Source: an uncultured delta proteobacterium (lineage in GTDB: Bacteria; Myxococcota_A; Polyangia; Polyangiales; Polyangiaceae). Taken from it: 64,000 bases of DNA. The DNA is taken from assembly GCA_963696385.1 (NCBI GenBank), contig CAVOKF010000005.1:768001-832000 (forward strand), given 5' to 3'. Below, in pieces: positions 47,887 through 56,779 of the stretch. The notes under the pieces are model-generated. The model was not told where the DNA came from. It did not search any database and saw only the letters and a list, made by a program, of their open reading frames with translations. Position numbers and translations under genes: made by a program. Position 1 is the first letter of the stretch. Each line of letters starts with the position of its first letter.

Positions 47887-48707
47887 TCCAGGACCCGGCA
47901 CGACGCGCCACTTCGATGACGCTCGCTGGGGCGGCGGCGGTCGCGTGGATCTTTCCCTATGCGTGGATGATTGCGACGTCGTTCAAGACGCTGCCGGAGA
48001 TTGTGGCGCACCCGGCCGCCCCGTTGCCTTCCCGACTCGACCTCGGCGCTTACCGTGAGGTCTTCGCGGCGATGCCGATCGCACGGTACATGGCCTTGAG
48101 CATCGCCCAAGCGGCTGCGATCGCCGTGTCGCAGATCGCGCTTGCCCTTCCGGCCGGGTACGCGCTGGCGAAGCTGCACTTCGTCGGTCGTCGGTTTGCC
48201 GCAGCACTCGTGCTCGCATGCTTGCTCGTGCCGGCACAGGCGACTTTTGTTCCCGTATTCCTGATCTTCGCGAGGATTCGCCTCGTCGACACGTTCGTGG
48301 CGCTCGTTCTGCCCTTCGCCGCAAGCGCTCTGGGCACCTTTCTCGTGCGCCAGGCTCTGGTGAGCGTTCCGGATGCGATGATCGAGGCGGCGCGAATGGA
48401 CGGCGCGGGCGAGTGGACCATCGTGTACCGCATCCTCGGGCCGATCGTGAAGCCGACGCTCGTCTCGCTTTTGCTCGTGAGCTTCGTGTTCCACTACAAC
48501 GACTACTTCTGGCCCCTGGTCATGACGACCGACGATGCGGTCCGGACGCTGCCCCTCGGCGTGGCGCTGTTGCGCGAGCAGGGGACCGGCGTTCGCTGGC
48601 ACATCGTCATGGCGGGCAACACGATTCTTTCGTTGCCGGTGCTCGCACTGTTCGCGGTCGTGCAGAAGCAGCTGACCCGATCCGTCACCGATCGTTCGAT
48701 TCCGTGA
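47883..48707 (+). CDS. CUT1 ABC permease (UgpE-like)
   Basis: Motifs AGYALAK, EAARMDGA and YNDYFWPL; ATGA overlap. Confidence 0.92.
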   Translation: MIQDPARRATSMTLAGAAAVAWIFPYAWMIATSFKTLPEIVAHPAAPLPSRLDLGAYREVFAAMPIARYMALSIAQAAAIAVSQIALALPAGYALAKLHFVGRRFAAALVLACLLVPAQATFVPVFLIFARIRLVDTFVALVLPFAASALGTFLVRQALVSVPDAMIEAARMDGAGEWTIVYRILGPIVKPTLVSLLLVSFVFHYNDYFWPLVMTTDDAVRTLPLGVALLREQGTGVRWHIVMAGNTILSLPVLALFAVVQKQLTRSVTDRSIP

Positions 48708-49083
48708 ATTCGATGATGGATGAGTCGTACAAATCGCGCACGAGCGCGAGTGCGTCGTCGTGGCTCATCGCCGATACCTCGATGATCGTTTCGAGATCGA
48801 GCGAGCCATCCATGAGCGAAAGCAGAAACCCGGCCCGGTGATCGAGCGGAAGCCGCTTGAGCGCGTCGCCGGTTACCGTGACCCTCGGCACCCCGGTTAC
48901 GGATCGCGCCCAAGCATCGTTGGTGCCGAGCGGATCGATCCTCCGCGTCGCCAGGCGAACCTCGGACGCTTTCTCGTTCGAATCGTCGGCCGCGGCCTTC
49001 GCCCACCGATCGGAATCGCGAGCAAATTGCGGGACGTCAAACGCCGGCGGCACGGTCGGTCGTGTGCTCGGTCGCGCCCGCAT
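48685..49083 (-). CDS. Hypothetical protein with a winged-helix-like C-terminus
   Basis: LPLDHRAGFLLSLMDG...ETII...ALALVRDLYDSSII, a pattern recalled from myxobacterial hypothetical proteins. Confidence 0.65.
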   Translation of the reverse strand: MRARPSTRPTVPPAFDVPQFARDSDRWAKAAADDSNEKASEVRLATRRIDPLGTNDAWARSVTGVPRVTVTGDALKRLPLDHRAGFLLSLMDGSLDLETIIEVSAMSHDDALALVRDLYDSSIIEFTESNDR

Positions 49084-49261
49084 ATCGCATTATACGGCCA
49101 AAATGGCCTCGTCCACGACCCGAACCGTTCGATCGAAATTCGTCGACGAACACAATCTGGACTTGCCTGCGGCCCGCGCCCACGATCGCGCCCAAACCGC
49201 TCGACGTACGCTGACGTGCGACCGCGTCTTTCCGCGCGCGAGAGCCACCCGCACTTCGTCC

Positions 49262-51103
49262 TCACAAGACCGCGTTGGTTCCGTCCCATGGCGGCGGAAG
49301 AACCTTGACGATCGGGACGGCCGATGCCGTCCCTTGAAAGCCGGTCGGTCCGACAGGCCCGGCATTCGTCGAGCCCGCGCCGGCCTCCGCGCCTGCGTCC
49401 ACCAGGTCGCCCGTGGCCGGCGGCCCGCCCTCACCGCCGGATCCTGCCGCTGCACGAGGACCGGTCGGCAGGACGAACCGCGTCGACGCGTCGTACGCCG
49501 GGACCGGCGCACCGGCGGGCCCGTAAACGATAGCCGCCGAGACTCCGGCAGCTCCTCCCTGGCCGCCGGAGCCCCCCGCGCCGTTGCCCCCGTTGCCGCC
49601 ATTTTCCCAGGTGAGCAGCGTGCTACTGAGCACGTACCCAGCCCCGCCCCACTGGCCTGCCGCCCCATCGCCGCCGCGCCCCCCGTCGCCCCCCGCCGCG
49701 GTCGTTACCGTGCACGATGAGAGCACCACGGTGCTGTTCCACGCGAGCAGCGCAATGCTGCCGCCACCGCCCTGGCCGCCCGTACCCCCGGCACCCCCGC
49801 ACCCTCCGGCTCCGCCTGCGCCCCCGGTCTGCCTAATCAGGCCGTTATGCACAAAGCCCAAGCCTCCGCCGCCTCCCTGACCGGGCTGCCCCGCGGGACC
49901 GTCGCCGCCCGCCGTGGGGTTCCAGGTGAGCGGACTCTCCGATACGTTTCCGTAGGCGGCAGCGCCCGACGCCGCGGGCCGCGGGGGCCCGTCGGCACCG
50001 GGATCGCCGGGCCCGGAGCCGTTCGACGGAGCCCCATCGTGACCGGCCACCATCCAAGCTGGCGCAATCGTCGGATTCGAAGTGCCGGCGCCCGACGCAC
50101 TGAAGAGGCCGGCATCGACGCTGTACGCTCCCTCGCCCGAACCGCCGGTGGAACTGTCGTCCATGTATCGGCAGATGTTCGTCAGCCCCACCCCGGTGAT
50201 CGACGGGCTCAATGTATCCGCAGACCCGAAGTTCGCAGCGCCTGGTCGACCGTCGGCTCCATTGGCACCGGCGCCGGCGACGAGCGTGACACGCGTGAGT
50301 CGAACCGCGGAATTCGCGACGATCGCGGCGACGCTGGATGCGCCGGCGTTCGAGTTCGAACCAGAGTCGTCGGGGCTCGCACCCCCGTCCGATGCGGAGG
50401 TTGCGTCGGGAACGGTGAAGGCCAGATCCTCGACCTCGATGGGTGTCGCGTTATCGAGATCGGTGATGGACAACGCGTAGCCGTCCGACGGCGAAAGCAC
50501 GTCCGTTTCACCGCCGTCCCAAACCCAGCCGTCGGCGCACGCCAAGCCGCCGTAAAGATTCACGGGGTTCGACTGGATCGTAACCTGCTCCGGGTAGTTG
50601 CCGTCGCAAATAAATAAACGGGTCTTGCCGCTCAGGTGCGCGATCGCAAAACCGATGGTCGCAAAGGGGTGCTCCCTCGATCCATCGCCCTGGTCGCTGC
50701 CGGCGGCCGCCACGAAGACACCGTAGGCCTCGCTCACCAGGCATGACTCCGTCGATGGATCTCCCGCCTCGAGGTCGCACGACATCGTGGCTTGCTCGGC
50801 CTCGGACTCGAGCGGTGCGCCGTCGAGCGCAACGCCGGACTCGAGCGCAGCGCTCGCGTCGGACTCGGGCGGAGCGGGGATGTAAATCGCCGTGCCATCC
50901 GCCGTGCTCGAGTCGAACCCATCGAGCGTCGCACTGGCCTCTGTGGATGAGGCAGGCGGGGGCGCGTTGAAGGACCCGCCGTCGCATCCGACGCCAGCTC
51001 CCGTCGCAAGGCCGAGCCCGGCCACGACGGCCGATTTGCGGACCGCCCGCCATCGCGCCTCCGGCGGGGGAGCGCACGCAAAAGGGCCGCGTGTCGATGG
51101 CAT
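49262..51103 (-). CDS. Gly-rich (PGRS-like) secreted lipoprotein with a DUF1565-like domain, paralog 1
   Basis: AAGGAG before ATG 51103; GVGC lipobox-like sequence; GDGSREHPFATI; ICDGNYPEQV; long GGxGGxG tracts. Confidence 0.8.
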   Translation of the reverse strand: MPSTRGPFACAPPPEARWRAVRKSAVVAGLGLATGAGVGCDGGSFNAPPPASSTEASATLDGFDSSTADGTAIYIPAPPESDASAALESGVALDGAPLESEAEQATMSCDLEAGDPSTESCLVSEAYGVFVAAAGSDQGDGSREHPFATIGFAIAHLSGKTRLFICDGNYPEQVTIQSNPVNLYGGLACADGWVWDGGETDVLSPSDGYALSITDLDNATPIEVEDLAFTVPDATSASDGGASPDDSGSNSNAGASSVAAIVANSAVRLTRVTLVAGAGANGADGRPGAANFGSADTLSPSITGVGLTNICRYMDDSSTGGSGEGAYSVDAGLFSASGAGTSNPTIAPAWMVAGHDGAPSNGSGPGDPGADGPPRPAASGAAAYGNVSESPLTWNPTAGGDGPAGQPGQGGGGGLGFVHNGLIRQTGGAGGAGGCGGAGGTGGQGGGGSIALLAWNSTVVLSSCTVTTAAGGDGGRGGDGAAGQWGGAGYVLSSTLLTWENGGNGGNGAGGSGGQGGAAGVSAAIVYGPAGAPVPAYDASTRFVLPTGPRAAAGSGGEGGPPATGDLVDAGAEAGAGSTNAGPVGPTGFQGTASAVPIVKVLPPPWDGTNAVL

Positions 51104-51196
51104 GGCCCGTCGCTCCTTTTCCCAAGGCGGGTGCCCTGGCACCCTCTTCGGGCGTGACCGACCGACCGTTGCGCACGTACGAGCCGCGGCCATGGT

Positions 51197-51907
51197 TCAG
51201 CGTTGGATGGGAAGGCCCTCCGCCTCCCAGGCGAGCAGGCCCCCTTCGAGGAAGGCCACCGGCATTCCCTGCTCGGCGAGCTTGCCCGCGAGCTCTTTGG
51301 TCTTGTCTCCTCCGCGGCAATAAAGCACTGGCTGGCCTGCGAGCATGTGCAGTTCGGCGAGGCGGCCCTCCAGTCCTTCGATGGGCATGTTCACCGAGCC
51401 CGGCAAATGCGCACGACCAAAGGCGATGGCGTCGCGCGTGTCGATGGGCACGACGGCCTTGGCCGTGAGCAGTTGCGCGAGCTCGCCGGGCTTGAGCGCC
51501 CCCGCCGCGCGCGGCAAGAACGGCTCTACGAGCTCCTGCATTTTTTTCTTACGAATGGCCCCGACGACGGAACCCTGAATGCGTCCCTCAGCGACGATCA
51601 TGAACGTGGGTACGCTCTGGACGTTCAGCTGTTGGGCGATGACCGGCGCCTTGTCGACGTCGATCCGGACGACCTTCGCACGGCCTTGGTATTCGCGCGC
51701 GAAGGCCTCCACTTCCGGTGCGATCGCCTTGCACGGCTGGCACCAGTCCGCGGTGAACTGCATCAGTACCGGCAGCTCGCTTCGCAGCACTTCGCGCTCG
51801 AAGTTGCGTTCGGTCACGTAGGGCACGCCGCCGCCGCCCTTCGCCGAGGGGTCGGCGCTGGGTCCGTTACCGCGTCCTCGACCGCCGAAGCCACCCAGGA
51901 TCGTCAT
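51197..51907 (-). CDS. Thioredoxin-rhodanese fusion protein
   Basis: WCQPC and SVPT (thioredoxin), followed by IDTRDAIAFGRAHLPGSVNMP, YCRGG and LEGGLLAW (rhodanese). Confidence 0.9.
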   Translation of the reverse strand: MTILGGFGGRGRGNGPSADPSAKGGGGVPYVTERNFEREVLRSELPVLMQFTADWCQPCKAIAPEVEAFAREYQGRAKVVRIDVDKAPVIAQQLNVQSVPTFMIVAEGRIQGSVVGAIRKKKMQELVEPFLPRAAGALKPGELAQLLTAKAVVPIDTRDAIAFGRAHLPGSVNMPIEGLEGRLAELHMLAGQPVLYCRGGDKTKELAGKLAEQGMPVAFLEGGLLAWEAEGLPIQR

Positions 51908-52027
51908 GGTGTGGGGATTTATACGCACGCGCTAGGTCTCGTCGAGGGCTGTCGACCGCGTCGCCGCGCGGTGACGCCGAATGGACGCGTCCGGCAGCCA
52001 ACCACGGCGGCGATGGGTCGAGACCTT

Positions 52028-52191
52028 GTACACCGCCCCAGAACAACGGGATCCGCTGGGCGGTGCACTTCAATCGCCGGGAGGCGATTGGGGTTTGGGG
52101 CGAAGCCCCAAGAAAATCATCTTAGTACAGCGCCAGCCTGCAACGCAGGCGTACTCAGCGCAGCTGGGTCCCGTTTATCGGGGCGCTGTAC
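52028..52191. mobile_element. 164-bp multi-hairpin dispersed repeat, copy B (opposite orientation to copy A)
   Basis: Same modules as 4381-4544 in reverse order; perfect 14-bp inverted repeat CTTAGTACAGCGCC (52121-52134) / GGCGCTGTACTAAG (52182-52195). Confidence 0.8.
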
Positions 52192-52295
52192 TAAGGGCGG
52201 CGTCCCTCGGACGCTGAGACTTCGTGGCGATCGGCCGCGGCTTGGTTTCCTTCGCGAATCAGCAGTAGAATCGCGCCTCAGGCTTGCTAACGGAG

Positions 52296-53393
52296 ATGGC
52301 TACGAAGGACAACGACACCGACCCGTCGACTCCCCGGGCCCGCCGGACGCTGTCGCTGCACTCCGCTGCGGGCGGGTCTGTCGATCCATCGTCCACGCAA
52401 CGGCAGGGGATGGCCGCCGAAGGCGCGCCCGCCACGGAGCAGGCCGGCGCTCCGGGTGCAAGCAAGCCCGAAGCCATGTCGGGCCCCGAAGAAGGCGCAT
52501 CGGGCCTCGTGACATCGGCGCGAAAATCCAGTGCACCCAGTGCAGCCGACGACAGGCCGAATGAGACGGATCCGGGTGTTGGCCCGCCCGCTCCCATGCG
52601 GAAGTTGCCGCCCCAGTCGATTGGGGTGGTCGTACCGAGCCCCGGATCGACTGCCCGCACGTTTCCTCCTCCGATCGGGTCGAAGAAAGATTCGATCGAA
52701 TTGCTGTTGGCCGGGCTCGCGGACTCGCGCCCGGACCGGACGAGGACCGCCCCGCAGACCGACGGCGAGGCCGCGGTCGTCTACCATGCCGAGCACGCGG
52801 TTCGGGCGGGCAGCAGCCCGCCCGTCCAGCCTTCCCGCGTGCTCGTAGAACGGCCCCCGACGCCCCGGGCGATCCCGTTGGCCGCTCACGCCCAGCGAGC
52901 GCGAGCTCGATCGACGAGCGCTGCCGAATCGACCACGGCGGTGACCGAGAAAGGCCGTTTCGACGCGCCTCTGGTCCGGCGAACGATGATGGCCCTGGTC
53001 GCGGGACTGTTCGTCGTGATCGTGATCTTCGCTACGCTCCGAAGCGTGACGTTCCACCGGGACGCCGAAGATACGGTATCGATCGCGCCCGCGGGGGCCA
53101 TTGCGGTTTCTCCGATGCCGTCGCCGCCGCCGCCGCCGGCTGTTTCGGCCGTGTCGCCGCCGCCGATCCCTGTAGCGTTCCCCGAACCCGCACAGCCCGA
53201 CCCACGTCCGATCGCTGCGCCGCAAGCGTCCGCTTCGGCGGCCGTGGAGCCCTCGGCCACCGGGGTTGTGTCGGCGGCGAGCGCGCCGTCGCGGCCTCCG
53301 ACTTTCGTTCGAAGACGGCGACTGAGGCCGCTGATGGTTCCGATGCCGTCGGCGACGGCCAGTAGCGTCGGCGAGTTCAAGACGTCGTTCTGA
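52296..53393 (+). CDS. Hypothetical single-pass membrane protein, Pro/Ala-rich and mostly disordered
   Basis: GGAG RBS before ATG 52296; one TM (MALVAGLFVVIVIFA); resembles the tail of a myxobacterial kinase without a kinase domain. Confidence 0.65.
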   Translation: MATKDNDTDPSTPRARRTLSLHSAAGGSVDPSSTQRQGMAAEGAPATEQAGAPGASKPEAMSGPEEGASGLVTSARKSSAPSAADDRPNETDPGVGPPAPMRKLPPQSIGVVVPSPGSTARTFPPPIGSKKDSIELLLAGLADSRPDRTRTAPQTDGEAAVVYHAEHAVRAGSSPPVQPSRVLVERPPTPRAIPLAAHAQRARARSTSAAESTTAVTEKGRFDAPLVRRTMMALVAGLFVVIVIFATLRSVTFHRDAEDTVSIAPAGAIAVSPMPSPPPPPAVSAVSPPPIPVAFPEPAQPDPRPIAAPQASASAAVEPSATGVVSAASAPSRPPTFVRRRRLRPLMVPMPSATASSVGEFKTSF

Positions 53394-53421
53394 TTGCGCG
53401 ATCCGCCGTGCGGATCGCAAT
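53392..53421. terminator. Stem-loop directly after the stop codon, between convergent genes
   Basis: gattgcgcgatccgc-cgt-gcggatcgcaatc (2-nt bulge); no U-tract. Confidence 0.45.
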
Positions 53422-53562
53422 CCAGACCTCGATGGCGACCCGGACAACGACTACCCCGACCTCGATCGCAGGACCCGACCCCGGCCTCGATAGCCTCGAG
53501 GGCGACCCCGGCCGCAGGCCGGACCGCAGACCCGGACCGCGACGTCCGGCCGGGCACGCGCG

Positions 53563-54630
53563 CTAGAAGCTGCCTTCCGCTCGAATCCCGACCTCGGACG
53601 GCGTCACTTCGGGCACGATCCAGGCGAGTTGGGGTCCGTTTTCGCCCTTCGGCCAAAGAAACCAGGTGGCCGCGGCACCGGCCGCCAGGATGCCCGCCGT
53701 GACGTAGAGCGCGGTGGATCCCGTGGCCGCACGGTTTTCCGCGCGCACGGCGTCATTCAAGGTGGTGCACGATGGGTTGGTGCTGAGGCCGAAACAGGAA
53801 CTGTTGCCGGTCAGTTGCGATCGATCGGTGGCGGCGTGGTTTGCGTCGCTCTGCGACGACAACCCAAGGTAGACGCCGATGCCGGCCGCGACGACGGCGG
53901 CTCCGCCGAGGACCGAGACGGTGATCGCGCGCGCGGGCGACGGCGACGTGCGCCCATCGGCGACGTTCGGATTGCTTTGGGTGAGGGCCGCGTCCATCGA
54001 CGGCGGAACGGGCGCGCTGGGCGCCTGGTTCGGTGCCGCGCTCGTCGCTTCCGGGGTGGGTGCCGTGTCGGTGGCGCCGACGGATGCGAAGCTCACGTGT
54101 GCGATTTGTCCCGCGGCCACGTCGACGGGGACCGACTTGAAGGAGTCGGCCAACCTCGCATCGATCTGATGGTGTCCGGGCAGCACGTCCAACGGTTCCG
54201 GAAAGGGCGCCACTCCGATGATTGCGTCTCCGTCGACCCGAACCGTCGAGCCCGGCGGCGCCTGCACATCGATATGGCCGGTCCGCGCCATGAGACGATC
54301 GGCATGCTGCTGAGCATCTTCGCGGTCCGCCGCATTTGCTTGCGCGTCGCGCGCGACGCGCTTGAAGTGATCGAGAGCCTCGATCCAGTGCTCGGTCTTC
54401 TCTTCGGCGAGCGCAAGGTTCCACAGGATCGCCGGACGCCTGAGGACGGCATACGCCTGGGCAAACGAAATCCGGGCGGCCTCGTAGTCGCCGCCCTTCA
54501 CCCTTGCGATCCCCTCCTCGAATCGCGATTGCGCATCGCGCACCGCGGGATCGTCGTCCGCACCGGCGGTTCGTGGCACCCCGATCGACAAGGCAGCGGT
54601 CAAAGCGATCCAGGGCACGGCAAATCGCAT
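53563..54630 (-). CDS. Secreted TPR + PEGA-like domain protein with a C-terminal membrane segment
   Basis: Signal peptide; AQSRFEEG...GDYEAARISF...ILWNLALAE; PGSTVRVDG...VLPGHHQI. This is a typical myxobacterial architecture. Confidence 0.82.
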   Translation of the reverse strand: MRFAVPWIALTAALSIGVPRTAGADDDPAVRDAQSRFEEGIARVKGGDYEAARISFAQAYAVLRRPAILWNLALAEEKTEHWIEALDHFKRVARDAQANAADREDAQQHADRLMARTGHIDVQAPPGSTVRVDGDAIIGVAPFPEPLDVLPGHHQIDARLADSFKSVPVDVAAGQIAHVSFASVGATDTAPTPEATSAAPNQAPSAPVPPSMDAALTQSNPNVADGRTSPSPARAITVSVLGGAAVVAAGIGVYLGLSSQSDANHAATDRSQLTGNSSCFGLSTNPSCTTLNDAVRAENRAATGSTALYVTAGILAAGAAATWFLWPKGENGPQLAWIVPEVTPSEVGIRAEGSF

Positions 54631-54763
54631 GGATCGCGCTATCTAGCGCGGCCCCTTCGAAATGGGCAAAGTTCAGAGTCGGCCGGTCCCGTTCGGATCG
54701 GACTCGCTCGGCGTCCCCTATGTCCGCCGTGCTCGGGCAGTGGTAGACGGACCCCGTAAGATC

Positions 54764-56642
54764 ATGGCTGCTCGTAACGCTTTGGATGGGCGCGTGGGGG
54801 ACTCGGCAGGCAGCTTCCAGAGCGAGTCCCGCGCACCGCGGACGGGGTTGCGTCGCGATCTGGTTTGGTTCGTGATCGCAAACCTGGCCGTTTTCTTCGT
54901 GGTCCTGGCCTATGGCTGCGGGCGAATGAGCGGCGGCGGCTGCTCGGACAACGCGACGTGCCCTCCGGCCGATGGGAGTGCAGAGGCCGATGGGGGCGTG
55001 GATGGGAGCCCGGGCGCCGACGCCGTGTTGTTGGGGGAGGAAGACGGCGGGGACTCCAGCATTGTGTTGGTCGAGGCGGACGCCACGCCGTCCGAGGCTT
55101 CTACGGACGCGACGCTGAACGCCGATGCGGATGCGGAGGCGGGAACGGTGGTGCCCTGCGATCCAGCGGCGGATCCAGCCGTCGAGTCCTGCCTGGTCAA
55201 CGAGACGTATGGGGTTTTCGTGGATTCGGTGAATGGCAACGACGGTGCCGCGGGGACGCGCGCCCAGCCCCTGAAGACGATCGGCGCGGGCATTGCCAAA
55301 GCAGCAAGCGCGATGGCGCTAAGTTCGCTTGTTTCTAGGGTGTACATCTGCGACGGCACATACACGGAACAGGTGCAACTCGGGGCATCGACGGACGGCA
55401 TCAGCCTTTACGGCAGTTTCGATTGCGTATCGTCCTGGCTGTACGCGAGAAGCGCCGGCGTGCCCCCGCTCGTCACCGTGGAGGGGCCGACCGCCCTGTA
55501 TGCGCTTCGCGTCAACGGAATTACGAAATCGGTGGTCATCGAGGACATTGCGTTCGACGTCCCGGATGCAGCGGAGTCGGGTGTATCGGACGGCGGTGCC
55601 GCGGAAGACGGCGCGTCGGACGGCGGGGCGGGGGATTCGAGCGCCGCAGCCGGAACCGGCGGCTCGAGCATCGCCGTGTTCGTGAGCAACACGAGCGGCT
55701 TGCTGCTTCGCCGGTGTACCGCATCGGCGGGATCTGGGCAGCCTGGGCAGGATGAAAGTACGCCCTTGCCGTTCGTGGATGCCGGGCCCAACGGGCAGGC
55801 GGGAACCGCCGGCGCCGGCGGCCCCGCCACACCCAACCCGATTTGTCCAACGAGCGTCGGGGGTGCCGGCGGGGCGCCGGCCGCCAGCGGAACGAACGGG
55901 GCCGACGGCCTGCCGGGGCCCTCAAACGGGGACACGGTTCAGGCGTGCGGCAACGGCACCGGGGGTCTGCCCGGCATCAACGGCGACGGCGGGACATCCG
56001 GTGCCGGCGCCGCGACGTGGGCTACGTTCACCGCGGGCGGCTGGACTCCCGCGGCCGGCGCTCCCGGGGGCGCCGGGGATGTCGGTCAGGGCGGCGGGGG
56101 GGGGGCTTCGGTCGATTCTGACGGGCGGCGGCGGGAGCGGCGGGGCCGGCGGGTGCGGGGGTGCGGGCGGCGCGGGGGCCGCCGGGGGCGGGTCGAGCAT
56201 TGCGGTACTCGTCTATCAGTCGACGATCGATCTCGAGCAGTGCTCGCTCCTTGCGTCGGGTGCGGGTCGCGGGGGCAACGGTGGCTCTGGACAGGTCGGA
56301 CAGGGGGGCGGGGCGCGTGGCAACGGGTTCGCGAGTAGCGATACGGCGTGTCCTGGAGCGAGAGGCGGGTCGGGCGGCAGCGGGGGCGGAGGGGGGGGTG
56401 GCGCCGGCGGGGTCTCCGCGGGGGTCGTTTGGGCGGGCATGACAGCGCCGACGATCGACGGGGCGAGCGTCTCGCAAGAGGCCAGCCTCGCCGCCGTGAC
56501 GCAACTGGGCACCTATGGGGCCGCAGGCCAAGCCGGGACCGGAGGCGCCGCGGCGGGGGCTGGTGCGAGTGCCGGCAGCGACGGCACGCCCGGGATGGCC
56601 GGCACGGGCCCGCCTCTCGCGGTCATGCACTTTGTTCCCTAG
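54764..56642 (+). CDS. Gly-rich (PGRS-like) lipoprotein, paralog 2, with a +1 frameshift at about 56096-56125
   Basis: AYGC lipobox; ESCLVNETYGVFV, GTRAQPLKTI, ICDGTYTEQV and IEDIAFDVPDA match paralog 1. The homologous C-terminus (GGAGGCGGAGG...GGSSIAVL) lies in the next frame (ORF 55752..56642). Confidence 0.78.
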
Positions 56643-56779
56643 CCGGACCTAGCCCCAAGGCTTCGCCGTGTGCCGGCCCTCCGGTGCGTTTGGGGCGTTG
56701 CGGCGGCAACCGGGGCCCGTACGCGGCCGATAGGCCGGGTATGAGGCTCAGGCCACTGCCGATTTCGCCCCCTTCGAGA

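Noticed and set aside
4381..52191. Composite transposon or genomic island bounded by the two inverted 164-bp copies
   Set aside because: The interior is core genes (mfd, purB, coaX, proC) with no transposase or integrase and no matching outer target duplication.
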